A stretch of DNA of 63,382 nucleotides, counting the filler, from Octopus bimaculoides (lineage: Eukaryota): the NCBI RefSeq assembly GCF_001194135.2. It is 6 parts of 6 records of this genome, joined end to end, with 100 filler letters (N's around TTAATTAATTAA, not from the genome) between each part and the next. Parts side by side here need not be neighbours in the genome. Positions count along the whole stretch, not along the records: positions 12,311 to 19,189 come from NW_026335232.1; positions 19,290 to 45,833 come from NC_069005.1; 4 more parts are not named here. The stretch is one strand, 5' to 3'. The notes under the pieces were generated by a model. The model did not search any database, was not told the DNA's origin, and was given only the letters and a program-made list of their open reading frames with translations. Shown here piece by piece: positions 15,435-30,109 of the stretch (the first letter of the stretch is position 1; every line of letters begins with the position of its first letter). The translations under genes and the position numbers were made by a program.

Positions 15435-15750
15435 CGGCGAGCTGGCAGAATCGTTAGCAAGCCGGACGAAATGCTTAGCGGTATTTCGTCTGCCACTGCG
15501 TTCTGAGTTCAAATTCCGCCGAGGTCGACTTTACCTTTCATCCTTTCGGGGTCGATAAATTAAGTACCAGTTACGTACTGGGGTCGATATAATCGACTTA
15601 ATCCCTTTGTCTGTCCTTGTTTGTCCCCTCTGTGTGTAGCCCCTTGTGGGTAGTAAAGAAATAGGTATTTCGTCTGTCTTTACGTTCCGAGTTCAAATTC
15701 CACCGAGGTCGACTTTGCCTTGCCTCCTTTCGGTGCCGATAAATTAAGTA
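15435..15750 (+). mobile_element. SINE family 2 (tRNA-like head, internally duplicated core)
   Basis: GGCGAGCTGGCAGAATCGTTAGC...GAGTTCAAATTCCGCCGAGGTCGACTTT...TCGATAAATTAAGTACCAG, repeated at 42420-43150 and 60577-60992 and in reverse at ~25690-25885 and ~27840-28010. Confidence 0.85.
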
Positions 15751-15768
15751 TGTGTGTGTGTATGTGTT

Positions 15769-15813
<45 letters not shown>

Positions 15814-15887
15814 NNNNNNNNNNNNNNNNNNNNNNNNNNNNNNNNNNNNNNNNNNNNNNNNNNNNNNNNNNNNNNNNNNNNNNNNNN

Positions 15888-15932
<45 letters not shown>

Positions 15933-16626
15933 GATAGATAGATAGATAGACATATACATATATATGCACACCCACACACACACAATATCTACATTTTGTC
16001 TTCTTTTTCTCATACACAGTGTTTCTCTTTATCGCCATCCTCATCATGTTCATCCTCATCCTCACCATCATCATCCTCATCCTCCTCCTCCTCATCATCA
16101 TCATCGTCATTATCATATTCTCAATACCATCTCCTCTTCATATTCGTCATAAACTTTCAACATCATCATCATTATCATCTAGCCCCACCAACCCCACACC
16201 TCACCACCCGGTCAACTTCCCCCCCATCACCCAAAACCCCCACCACTAGTACCAGAGATTGCAACCAGAACAAGATCAAGAGTTCCAACAGNNNNNNNNN
16301 NNNNNNNNNNNNNNNNNNNNNNNNNNNNNNNNNNNNNNNNNNNNNNNNNNNNNNNNNNNNNNNNNNNNNNNNNNNNNNNNNNNNNNNNNNNNNNNNNNNN
16401 NNNNNNNNNNNNNNNNNNNNNNNNNNNNNNNNNNNNNNNNNNNNNNNNNNNNNNNNNNNNNNNNNNNNNNNNNNNNNNNNNNNNNNNNNNNNNNNNNNNN
16501 NNNNNNNNNNNNNNNNNNNNNNNNNNNNNNNNNNNNNNNNNNNNNNNNNNNNNNNNNNNNNNNNNNNNNNNNNNNNNNNNNNNNNNNNNNNNNNNNNNNN
16601 NNNNNNNNNNNNNNNNNNNNNNNNNA

Positions 16627-16737
16627 TAATGGTAATAATAATAATAATGGTAATAATAATAATGATAATAATAATAAAAATAATAATATTAAAAATAATA
16701 ATAATAAAAATAATAATAATAATAATGATAATGATAA

Positions 16738-16768
<31 letters not shown>

Positions 16769-16824
16769 AATAATGATAATAATAATAATAATAATAAAAA
16801 TAATGACAATAATAATAATAATAA

Positions 16825-16855
<31 letters not shown>

Positions 16856-16887
16856 AATGATAATAATAATTATAATAATAATAATGA
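16627..16887. repeat. (AAT)n microsatellite
   Basis: Directly visible. Confidence 0.95.
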
Positions 16888-17299
16888 TTTCCGCTTGAAG
16901 GAAGGAGGTGCGACGATATCCACGATAGACTCGTCCCACACGTGATAGCAGTCGTTCGACATAGGCTCTCAGGTGTTGGTTTGTTTACGTGCACGCAACT
17001 TAGCGGTTCGTCAAAAGCGTTGGAGAGAGTAAGTAGCAGGCTTTAAAAAAATAGAGGTGTTTGTTTTACCTCCTGGTCATTCGTGTGTATTTATAGGATA
17101 TCACCAGACTGGTGCGGTCACGTGTGTCGTCTGTGCTTGTGCCGGTAATTAGTATCTAATAACACCGAAGAGGGCACCACTTGTCTCGCTTCATCTCACT
17201 CATTGACATGCACACACAAAGCACACACACACATATGCACGTACGCATGTATATATATATGTAAATATATATATATGTGTGTGTGTGTATGTATATATC

Positions 17300-17359
<60 letters not shown>

Positions 17360-17553
17360 TGTGTATTTCTTCTATCTTAATGAATAAAAATTCATTCCTT
17401 AAATTCTTATATATATATATATGTATACATACATACATAAATATATACGTAGATACACACATACATGGTAATTTAAATACATATACTTATATACGAATAT
17501 GCACACACAAGCACACACACATATCTATCCATCCATTTATCTATCTATCTATA

Positions 17554-17610
<57 letters not shown>

Positions 17611-17924
17611 GAACAATACACACACAATCACATACACACATACACACACACACGCGCACACACACACATATATATATATACATATATATACGTTTACATG
17701 TATATACACTTACAGATATTTGCATTGACACACAGACACATATATATATACACTCTAAAACAAACCCATTAATATAAATAATTGTAAATTAATATAAATA
17801 ATTGTAAATACAAGTAGAATTACGGACAATATAAACACGCGTATACACACGAATATACATACATGAAAATACAAAAGCAAACACACACCATACACATTCA
17901 TGCACACACACGAATATACACAAG

Positions 17925-17957
<33 letters not shown>

Positions 17958-18161
17958 CTATCTGTCTGTCTGTCTGTCTGTCTATACATACATACATACA
18001 TATATACAAGTGTGTGTGTATGTCAACGTATGTAAAAGTTTGCGTATGCAAAGATACGCGCGTTTCATCATAAGAATGAATGTATATATGAATATACATG
18101 TGTACGTTTCTGTGTATGTGTACACACACACATATACATATATATATGTGTATACATACAT

Positions 18162-18213
<52 letters not shown>

Positions 18214-18387
18214 NNNNNNNNNNNNNNNNNNNNNNNNNNNNNNNNNNNNNNNNNNNNNNNNNNNNNNNNNNNNNNNNNNNNNNNNNNNNNNNNNAAACAC
18301 GCACTTCATGCATATATATATATATATATATATCCACACATAAACACGCACTTCATGCATATATACATACAGTAATACACATCGCAC

Positions 18388-18421
<34 letters not shown>

Positions 18422-18745
18422 CACAGTCGAAGCAGCGAACCCTATTATACGCACACATACACGCAGCATAATATATATTTAATTATACACGTTACGCGCA
18501 GTTTATTTTGTGAGCCCTGAGGGGTGTTTACTTGTATTAAGATGTGTTTACATTGTGATTTGTTCAAATATACACTCTGTTCGTGGCGGGAAAAGTAAGC
18601 ACGCGCATTATCGCACGTAGACACACGCACCCGTGCGTATACACATACACACTCATGTAGTGAGACAAAGTCACATACACACATACATGAACGTACACGT
18701 TCACACATGCACACACATTTATATGTATTTTTTTACTCTTACAGT

Positions 18746-19020
18746 GGTTTCAGTCACTTGACTGTGGTCATGCTGGAGCACCGCCTTTTACTCGAAGAAG
18801 ATCGACCCCCCCACCACCACCACCAGGACTTATTCGTTGTAAGCCTATGTAACTTATGCCGTCGGCCCCCTTTTGCCGAAACGCTAGGTTATGGGGACGT
18901 AAACACTCCAACAGCGGTTGTCAAGCGATGGTTGCAGGACAAACACACACACACGCACACACACACACATACATACGACGGGCTTCTTTCAGTTTCTGTC
19001 TACCAAATCCATTCACAAGC
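18746..19020 (-). mobile_element. SINE family 1 (tail, CA microsatellite and part of core)
   Basis: Reverse complement of the composite at 44393-44925. Confidence 0.8.
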
Positions 19021-19289
19021 ACAAAAAGTACATATAAATTGATACACACATGCACACACGCACAGACAGACACACACACACACACACACAGATATATATA
19101 TGCCCGCAGTCAAGTGACTGAAACAAACAAACAAAACAATAAAAAATTTTACAGAGCAGTCACTGCATTTTACTCTATAACAGCTACCTNNNNNNNNNNN
19201 NNNNNNNNNNNNNNNNNNNNNNNNNNNNNNNNNTTAATTAATTAANNNNNNNNNNNNNNNNNNNNNNNNNNNNNNNNNNNNNNNNNNNN

Positions 19290-19326
<37 letters not shown>

Positions 19327-20974
19327 TTGTGTACGCATGTGTATGTGTATTTATGCCTCTAGCCAAATATGTATAGATATAGACATATATATTTACAGGC
19401 ATGCGTACATACATGGATAGATGCATGAATATATATGCGTGTGTATGTGCGTGTGTAGTGTAGTGTGTGTGTGTAGGTATATATATATATATATNNNNNN
19501 NNNNNNNNNNNNNNNNNNNNNNNNNNNNNNNNNNNNNNNNNNNNNNNNNNNNNNNNNNNNNNNNNNNNNNNNNNNNNNNNNNNNNNNNNNNNNNNNNNNN
19601 NNNNNNNNNNNNNNNNNNNNNNNNNNNNNNNNNNNNNNNNNNNNNNNNNNNNNNNNNNNNNNNNNNNNNNNNNNNNNNNNNNNNNNNNNNNNNNNNNNNN
19701 NNNNNNNNNNNNNNNNNNNNNNNNNNNNNNNNNNNNNNNNNNNNNNNNNNNNNNNNNNNNNNNNNNNNNNNNNNNNNNNNNTATATATATTAATATAAAT
19801 ATATGTGAGGGTGATGGTTACACACAAACACACACTCATATGTGTATGCTTCTGTTTGTGTATATCTTATTATATATCAATGTGTGCTGGTGTGAGGGCG
19901 TGTGTGTGCGTCTGTGTGAGTGTGTGTGTTTATGTGTGAGTGTGTATGTCTGTGTGTGTGTTTGTGTGTGTATGTATCTGTATGCGTTTTATTTACATCC
20001 ATATGATTTACAAAATTTATTACATGTACATAACCGACATGAAATATTATTGCTGATATATGTGATATCTTCTTACCTTTATCCTATATATCCATGATAC
20101 ACGATACTGTCGATAGATAGCTTCACGGTTATCACTGAATACCATTAAAAATATCATATATCCAATTTATCATATTTAATTTTACGCCCTGTAATCAAAT
20201 TTATTTATTTTCTAACCATTCGCAAATATCCATTACCAGCATTATGAACCAGTCAAGAAGCGTGTACGTAGTCACACGACCTGCTAACAATAGCAGCAAA
20301 TTCTGATTAAAAAGCCAACAAACGGATTTATAAAAATTAAAGGATTAATTAATTCCTAGATACTTGTGCGCATGTGTGTATGTGTGTGTGTATGTGTGTG
20401 TATGCTTTGTTTTTTTCTGTCTGTTTTATTGTCTTTGCAATGGCTTATTCTAGGGTGTGGTGAGCAATAGTAAGGCCCATTATTCTTTATAGGGACTCCG
20501 AAGAAAGAGAGGGGTTTAATTTCAAACCGGAGTCTTGGTCAAAATGAAAGGATGGGATAAATTCAAATGCATCGAAGGTTACGCCGACGTTGTCATCGTC
20601 TCCAACATTATCATTATCATCATCATCATCGTCGTCATCATCATCATCATCATCATCATCATTGTCATCAACAGCAGCAGCAGCAGCCGCTACGCATTGT
20701 TGTCTCTAGGCTTAGGACTCATAATACCGATTACCCAATTTCCATGGTCTAGCTCACAACGCTTCCACTGAACCTGCCGTCAGTCTGTTGCAGGGTGACC
20801 CATTTGCAGCTGAGTGGACTGCAGCAACGTGAAATGAAGTATTTTCCTCCAGAACATAACACACGGCGCGATCATGGAAACGAAATCGTGATCTTGCTGT
20901 CGTGAGTGCCGCAGCACAACCTCCAAGCCACGCGCGTATCAAGCTGGAGGTGGGTGTTTACCAGTAACATCAAT

Positions 20975-21015
<41 letters not shown>

Positions 21016-24000
21016 ATACAATAGTCTGCTTATAGCGCCCAATGAAATATATGCGGCCATCACAAACAAATGAACGTATCAATTGCCTCAACCTCGGTAC
21101 ATCGAACCGATGACAGAGATTCCATGTAGTCTCCTTGTGCTACACCACCACAACATGACCCTTCGGCGTCTTTACGTTTATCGTTATGAAGTAAAGATAG
21201 CAAGTTTTCAGAGTCGTTCATTTAGCGGACAAAATTACTGCGTGATTATTCCGAGTTCTAGGGATCTGACTCCACCGACGTCAGGTTTCCGTTTTATTCT
21301 TCTAGTATTGATAAATAAAGGTACTAGCCTAGAGCGGTGTAGTGATCGAAGGTAAGAGATTAAAAAGTCGAGCATTTTGCTTTGTAAAATTTGTTACGGT
21401 TCATTTAATTCTGAGGTCATATATTGTAGTTTACTTGTTTCATAGACAAATCGGAATCTGATCTTGCATCTCCAACTGGGAACTTGAGTGACTTCAGCGG
21501 AATTCACAATGTTACCGGCATTTCCTGTTCATAGATACCTTGTTCCATACGCTCCTCTTATCATTATCGGAAGCCTAGTCAACTTGCAGTGTGTTTCTCC
21601 TGAATAATCTATACATGAATTGTTCTTTTCCTTTCTCATTATAAAATTACGTCTTCCACTCACGGCTATCCTGTACAGAATCAGTGATCTGTCTTTGGAA
21701 CATGGCAGCAACATCAACATAAAGGTGAAAAAGACACATTATCATGTTAAATAATGCATTCCTTACCATCTCGAGAACATGTCGGAATTTCAAAAACCGC
21801 ATGTGCTTTTGGTCATGGGTCAGACTTATTGACAATGTTTATGTCGTGGTTCAACAATAACAAGAGCAGCAGCAACAACAACAGCAACATTATATAACTG
21901 AATCGATAGAAATTCAATGTGTTTTGGATCACTTGAACAGTCCGTTAATTTTTCAGTGGTGTTGTACCACGTGATTAGTCAAGACCCATTCTTATTTGAA
22001 GAACATCGAGTGACTAGATGTCGTTGCAATGAAAACTGAGGCGTTTCGGATGGTACTAAAGAGGCAAAAGATGAGTAATGTCGCAATGGACTGGCGTCCC
22101 GTCCAGCTGAGGTGGGGAGCACATATGCCATAGAAACCGGGAAACTGGGCCCATGAGCCTGGTTAGGCTTTAAAAAGGGCACATAAATAAATAATATATA
22201 TACATATATATTTTTGTCCTTCTTTAGATAGAAACTGAGCAGATACCTTTGGAGAGATAGGAGCCATTTATATCGACCTTCACATTTGTCTGAAACTCTT
22301 ATTAATTGACGCTGGAAGACTTCGGTCGCATACGAACTCATGGCGCCAGTATTGTCCTGAATCAATGGTAAGTGACCATTGACCGAGATGCCACTCAAGT
22401 TTTCTCACCTTTGTTTTCTTTTTTAAAATCATTCTGACATACTTTGTTTATGTGGTTCTGTTACCCAGAAATGCTTCATATATTTCCATTTACGCAAAAT
22501 GTATCCCTTGAACCAAACCTTAATGTCTCAAATAGACAAACAATACCTGAAATATTCTGGTTCTTATATGGTTCCTACATAACCCTGCTGGAAAGTGGAT
22601 GGTCATAACGGGAAACTTTTCTTTGTACGTCGCACTGTTCAACCTTCAGGCGATGACTTAAGTCTAAACATTAAAACAACAACTAGAGTCAAGGCAACGG
22701 CAGTAGCAGCAGCTGCAATGAAAGGCGTTTTTCTCTGCTGAAATTTAGAATGGATAAGAAAAATTCTCAGACTTCCCAACTCTTCCCTTTAACAATAAAC
22801 TATTACATGTCAGGGCGCGCAGTGTGGCCCTCCCCAAGACTTAATAATAGTAAAGTACTCGATGTATGAATCATGCTTTAAGTTGTTCGATTTATTAGCA
22901 ACATGGTTATATGTTTTCACGATGATGCCGGTTCTCTGACACTATGAACTATCACCCCACCACCTTAACAGCAACAACCACAGCAGCGTCTTCCCTCTTG
23001 TCATATCAAATTATATGTGGCTAGATTATGCCAACTACTGAAAGCTATCGTTCTGACCTTTCGTAATCTACACCGCAAATGACAGGAAATGAGCCATCGA
23101 TTACTCGGTTAATTGTCTGACACCCTGTCGATAGAGTCATCTGTTGTTATCTCCAGTCAACTATATGTTTCGCACACATATACATATTGAATCACACACA
23201 CATGCATAAATACAGCCTCTCTCTCTCTTTCTCTCCAACATGCTGCACATTACACATACACTCATTAAACATTTATTCTCATTTGTCTTCCTGCTGTTTT
23301 CTCTCTCAAGAACTTTTATATTTTACTCCCTCCCTACCTCCTACATTTCTTTCTCTATTACTTTATCACTTACCTCTCTTTCTGTCCCCCTATTTTATCA
23401 ATATAGAAATACAAAACGTGAGGGCAATTGTACAACTAATATATACCAGTCATCGTCAATATTGCCACCAAAGACGAAATTTATACCTATAAAATATATT
23501 CCAAAATATATCTTTGGTCCTAGAATTACAAAAAAGAATACTGGTATTTCTTAAACATTTAATCAAATGTTTTATTGTCTCAGTTACTGTTTCATTTTGC
23601 TTTCTATTACATTCGTGGATTCTATCGTCGTTGGTTTATCCGGACAGAATGCTTTACAATATCGATTCCGACGTTCCGCTCCCCGAGCTTAAATCTTTCC
23701 AAGGTCAACTTTGTATTTCATCCATTCGAAGTCAATAAAAATGTACCAGTTTTAGATGATCGATTCGTGGGACTGTTAGAACATAGGACCAGATATCTTA
23801 CACTATATGCTCCGGCTCTTTGGGTCCGGAGTTCAATTCTTACGATGGTAAATTTGTATAGTAATTTTAGCTCATTCCCGTTTAACATCATCAACTCGCT
23901 ATCTTAGGTGAATTTAACTGAGTATTCGGGTTACGTTTCTTGGAGGCCACCGAGTGGGTAGTGAGCATTGCTTTCCCCCTTGACTAGTCGGTACAAAATA

Positions 24001-26021
24001 GTATATCGCAAGATATTTCCTTTAAAAATCGCTGGCTTTCAAGTATTTTGTTTTAAGGCATGCATTCTTTAGTGACATACTCGACGATATCTATCGACAC
24101 TCACATACATACACACACATGGTTGGGGACCTACTCGATTACACGATGCCGGAACGATGAAAACCAAAGTTGACCTCGGTGAAATTGAGGTTGGAAAATA
24201 TAGAGCCAGAAGGAATGTTGCTAAGCATTTTATTCGACACATTAAAGATAGTCGCCAACTTCTGCCAGTTAATAACTCTTTCTAAATTTGACAGAGGATC
24301 AGAAAAAATTAGAGAAAGGGGGTGTTAGTCGATTACATCGACCCCAGTACTTAATAGATATTTTATCGGCCCCGGAGGTATGGATGACAAAGTCAAAATC
24401 GGCAGCATTTGAAATCAAAATGTGTACAGCCGGAAAAAATTTCGCTAGGCATGTATAGATTCTACCATTTAATGCCTTCCACCAATTGATAATAACGATA
24501 ACCCCGCTTGGAATGAGGGGCTCGTGCTCTTTGTGAAAGCATCCCTCTTGGAGAAGGCTATCTCCTGTATGCAACCCTTAACTCTTCTGAACCGGATATC
24601 CTGCACTTTGTTTGCCTCTAGGCTTCTCAACGTTACTAGTGAAAGTCATTGTGCCGTTGTGCAAGTTGTACACAACTTTAAACACTTGCTCAGGCATTGC
24701 TGACACTCCTATCAGCGATAGTTATGCTCGGCTAACGAGTAGACAGCCATCATATATTGTATACAACATATCACGCATTAAGATCAATCTCTGGTTTTCA
24801 TGTTTGCGAAACGAGTTACTTATCCATTCGGCCATGGCAGCATTCATATTTAATGAAAGCCTTTCTCAGGGATTAATTAAGTCATCCATATTAACAGTAA
24901 TATAGATATATCAATTTCAGTCACGGTTGACAATTTCAGTCATGGTTGACATCTAAAATGTTTCTACCATTTTTAAAAATCATTAATAAACAATCTAAGA
25001 AAAAAGAAAGGAAAAGGAGAAAAGAAAATAGCAAATTTGCATAACGATAATAATTGTTATCATAGGCCTGAGGTCAGAAATAAATGTGAGAGGTTGGTTG
25101 ATTAATTAGATCCCAGGACTTGAGTAGTGCTTTATTTTATCGACCCTGGGAGGCTGCAAAAACAAATCTGACCACAGCGTATCACCTAAGCATCATGACA
25201 AATTTCCAATGTTTTAAATATTCAGGTAATCTGCCGTTTTGTCTTACGCAGATATAAGTTCTGTGTAGTAATTAATCACCCGTCTTTATGATAAGAGTCT
25301 GCATTCCCAGGCTGGATTTGAACTCAGAATGTAAACATCCACAACGAAATTTCTGTATGTATTTTGTCCCATACGCTAACAGTATTACAAAATCATCGTC
25401 GCTCATAATGATTAAATTAATTGTTTCCAATTTATGCAAAAGAAAAGATAAAAAACATTGAAAATTTGAGGGAAGATGAATAATCCATTATATTGATTTG
25501 TTACTTAAGTGTGTTATTTAATAGGCCTAGAAAAAAGCAAAATTAATTAACTCGGGGGAGATTTAACCCTCGGTGTATTTGAACTCATAATGTAAACATT
25601 CGTAACGAAATTTCTGTATGTGTTTTGTCCCAAGCGCTAACAATATTCTTTTCTACATTAGGCACATGGTCCGAATTTTTTTTTTTTTTTTGTGGCGGGG
25701 ATCAGTCGATTAGATAGACCCCAGTACGCAAGTGTTACTTAATTTATCGGCCCTGAAAGGATGAACGGCAAAGTCGACCTCGGCGGAATTTGAACTCAGA
25801 TCGTAAAGACAAAAGACGAAATACCGCTAAGTATTTCGCCCGGATTATTAATGTCTCTTCCTGCTCGCTGCCTTCAAGCGCACACGATATTACGAATCCT
25901 CGTTGCTCATAATGACTAAATTGATTTTTGACTAATTGAGGCTAAGGAAATTGANNNNNNNNNNNNNNNNNNNNNNNNNNNNNNNNNNNNNNNNNNNNNN
26001 NNNNNNNNNNNNNNNNNNNTA

Positions 26022-26969
26022 GGATCTTTTCCTTTTGATCAGGAGGTCGATAAATTAATTCTTTTCAACTAAACACTTTCAAACTTCGGATGCTGGTAGA
26101 ATGTGTCACATAGAACATATTTTACTCTTAGCGTTGTTGAGAAAAGTTTGTATTTTCGAAGTTATTTCGTGTTAAAGTTGTCGTATTTGAGTAATTTTAA
26201 CCAATGAATGACGTCTATTGAGCTGAATAAAGTTACTGCTGTTGTTTGTCAACAACAACTTCCGGCGGTGTATATTTCGTTTGTCACAGTTATTTATGAC
26301 ACATTTCATCTCAGTTACGTTCGTATGAATAAACGAGTGTATCTGAAGCACGTTTACTTCTCGACACCACCATAATCGTTCGTGTATTTCTACTGCTTTT
26401 CGTCTTTTTTCCTGTTTTCAGTTACTATTTACGGAAAGACTTCCTCCCTCCTCCACCCATTTTCTCTCGGAATTTTGAAAGTTTTTGGCGTCCTTTCCTC
26501 CAATTTCTTCGTTCTTCACTTTTTTTGTAACCCTAACCCTAAAACCCGAAACTTAACCCTAAAACCCTAACTCTAACCCTAACCCTAAAACCTTAACTCT
26601 AACCCTAAACCCGAACCCTAACCCTAAAACCCTAACCCTAACCCTAAAACACTAAAGCTAGAACCAGTACAAACGCACGAACGATGTTATAAATAACAGT
26701 GACAAACGAAATATACTCCGCCGATAGTTGTTGCTGACAAACAACAGCAGTAATTTTATTCAGCTGAATACACGTCATTGATTGGTTGAAATTACCGAAA
26801 TACGACAACTTTAACAGGAAATAACTTTGTAAACAGAAACTTTTATCAACTACACTAAGAGTAAAAGATGTTCTATATGACACATTCTACCAGTATACGA
26901 AGTTTCAAAGTGTTTAATTTTAAAAAATTAATTTCTCGACCTGCCGATCAAAAGTAAAATATCCGTGCT
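26022..26969. mobile_element. Foldback/MITE-type DNA element with ~280-bp terminal inverted repeats and an internal telomere-like array
   Basis: 26022-26300 aligns by eye to the reverse complement of ~26688-26964 (for example CTGGTAGAATGTGTCA, GTTAAAGTTGTCGTATTT, TATATTTCGTTTGTCAC). The left end abuts a gap. Confidence 0.85.
26528..26655 (+). repeat. Degenerate (CCCTAA)n telomere-like array
   Basis: Mixed CCCTAA, CCCTAAAA, CTCTAA and CCCGAA units. Confidence 0.9.
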
Positions 26970-29673
26970 TTATTTATCAGCTCAGAGAAAAGAAAGATTA
27001 GTTTACTCGAGATGTCAAAGTAAATGACGCAAGATATTTTTGCGACAGCTCTTACGAGCCAGCCAATCAAACCGCCTCTCTTCACTCTACTTAGAAACAG
27101 TCCAGAAATTGTTTGAGAGATATAAGTGTCGTTTATAAGACTTATTTTATCAGCCGCCAGAAGCCCTCGGTTGAATATGAACCTTTGATCCTTGTATTGC
27201 ATTGAGATAATGGTAGGAGACAATTGACCAAAATGCCATTCAGTAGGCCCACACGAGTGGGAGGAGAACTGATTAACCATTCAACTGTGTCTGCGATTAT
27301 AATCAAGTTTTTCTCAAGGACAATTAAGAAAATCAAATGAACTATGAATTAGATCTTTAATTATATCAGACACGATTGGCCAGACGTTGAAGCTACTAGA
27401 GATGTTTCTACTTTTCTAAAGGTCATTTGAGAAGACACTAAACAAAAGTAGTAAAGGGAAGTAATGTCGACTACATCACACACTCCCTCAACCCCGCCAC
27501 CAAAAGCACGCACACTTGACTGGAGTTGTTTATCAAACCGCGGAAAGTAAAGAACCAAAGTTGACCTTGGAAGGATTTGGCTTGCAGTGTGTTGAGCCAC
27601 AGCAACTATCAGAGGATATTTTGTTTGACGCTCTAACGATTCGGCCATTTTACCGCTCCAACAACGAAAATAAAATTTGTTTTTCTTATATTAGAACAAG
27701 GCCACAAAGTTGCTGGAGGCAGAGAACAATACCTACTCCTAGGATTTACTGATAGTTTTGAAGGACGGATGGCAAAGTCGAATTCATTGAGATGCCGCTT
27801 TATACTCATTTCAAATTTTGGCTTCAGGCCAGCAATTTCATGAGTGGACGTAAGTTGGTTCCATCAACCCAAGTGATCAACTGGTATTTATTTTATCAAC
27901 CTTGATAAGATGAAAGGTAAATTCGACCTCGGTGGAATTTGAACTCAGAACGTAAAGAAGGACGAAATGCCGCTATACATTTTGTCCGGCATGCTAACGA
28001 TTCTGCATGGACATCTGCTCTACATTACTGGGAGTTGTCTTTTTCTTAGTATATTAGGTATTGATATGAGAGAAATTTTGCTGCTATTTCTAACGAGTTA
28101 GTGATCATGTAGATTCTTCCTCAGTTGCTGAAACCAGTTTCGAAGATTAATAATCAGTTGTTCGTCAAACTGCACTCACTAGTCGTTAAATTAACTTGGA
28201 AAGACAAAATGCAGTTAGTTCATTGAAGTCTGTAAAAACAATGAAGGGCGGGGTGTGCAACAACCCCCATTGAACAGATACATATTAGGGGATTTATTGG
28301 AATCAGTATTCACTCGACACACATGCGTCTTCGACTAGCCTCAAAAGAAAGAAAATACATCAACTGATGCAGCAAGAACGAGTATTGCAGAAGATAGAAA
28401 TACCCGACCCGGAGACACATGTGACTCAACAAAATCTCTTGCATTTATGCGGAAGTTTTGTCACCTATATTTGCAGGTAGTACCGGGCAGCTTTGATGTC
28501 GCGGTAGAAGAGACTGAAAGTTCCACAGAGCTGCTTCACTGACCAATGAGACGGGGTACAGCAGCACTTTCAGTGCACAAGTGTTTATATACTAAATGTG
28601 CAACATGACGGAGATTTGTATTGCAGATATATTCTAACCAACAGACCGCCACAAAGTTTCTGTCCCGTCGATTATGCTGACAAGGCTTGGGCAGAACTAA
28701 TGATACGTCAAAAGCCATTTTCCTGAGTTTTCACAGAGTATGATCGGATACGAAACCTCATGAATTCGACCATACCGTGACCAATGATTACTTTTACCCC
28801 TCATCAAATATAATTGGTCGGGTGACTATGTAAGGAATCAATGTCAAGAATGACACAGGTTGATTAATTTCATACACGGTCGAATTTGTTCTTGAAGCTA
28901 CCACAGATGATTCTACCTTTGTAAATGTCCATGGAAAATTTTACTGGTAAACTAGATTTCGTAAAAACATCAATAACAACAGCAGCAACAACAAAATCCT
29001 CAATAAAAATAGAAATGGGTTCAAATATTAGCACATGAACAGCAGTTTTAAAGGAGGGGTATTCAATTTTTATGAAGCTTATGATTGTGATGATGCTGGG
29101 CAACATTAACCACAGGGACACAGAAAACAACTGAAATAGTTGTGTTGCATCCTACTATGGCAAGTCATGCGTCGTAGTTTTCTCTCCCGTTTTCCCTATT
29201 CTCACATGTTTTGCAAAAAGATCGTCATGGTCGTTCCTCCTATTTTCTGAACAAAAGAAAAAAGAAACCACACGAAATGTTCTGCATGTTCTCGTTTTAA
29301 ACAAAGAAAAAGGCTTCAGTTGTTTTCTATCATATTTTAATTATCAAAGGAAAACTTTCAGGGAATAAATATTTTTATTGCGATGAATATTTCCAACAAT
29401 TAAATTAAGATTTGTGGAAATTGATATTTATGTTTTGTATTTAAATTCAAAACATTCGGTTGCAAATGGATATGGTGTGCGCAGCCAAAAAATTTAAGTG
29501 AGAAACAAGGTGGTATTTCCATAATGTAGAGAAAATATACACTTCTAAACCGAACAGATGGGCTCGCGCAAGCATTCACACAAACACACAAACCAGCATT
29601 CATTATATTTATTCATACACATACACACATACATAATACATACACACATACATAATACATACACACACATACA

Positions 29674-29723
<50 letters not shown>

Positions 29724-30060
29724 CAGCCTACTTAAGCATGCATTTAACGATGCAAGTATATTCTTATGTATATACACGCATTATATATATATATATGTGT
29801 GTGTGTGTAAATAATGTATTCATATACATGCATATAATGTATTTATATAAATATATATATATATATATATAAATGTGTGTGTGTGTTTGTGTGTAAATAT
29901 AATGCGTTTATATATATAAGACTATACTAGCATCGTTAAACGTATGCTTCAATATATCCTTTTATATAAAACATGAATATATGTGTGTATATATATGTAT
30001 GTATGTATGTATGTATAATGCATGCAGATACGTGAAAATACACTAGCATCCATAAGTGTG

Positions 30061-30109
<49 letters not shown>

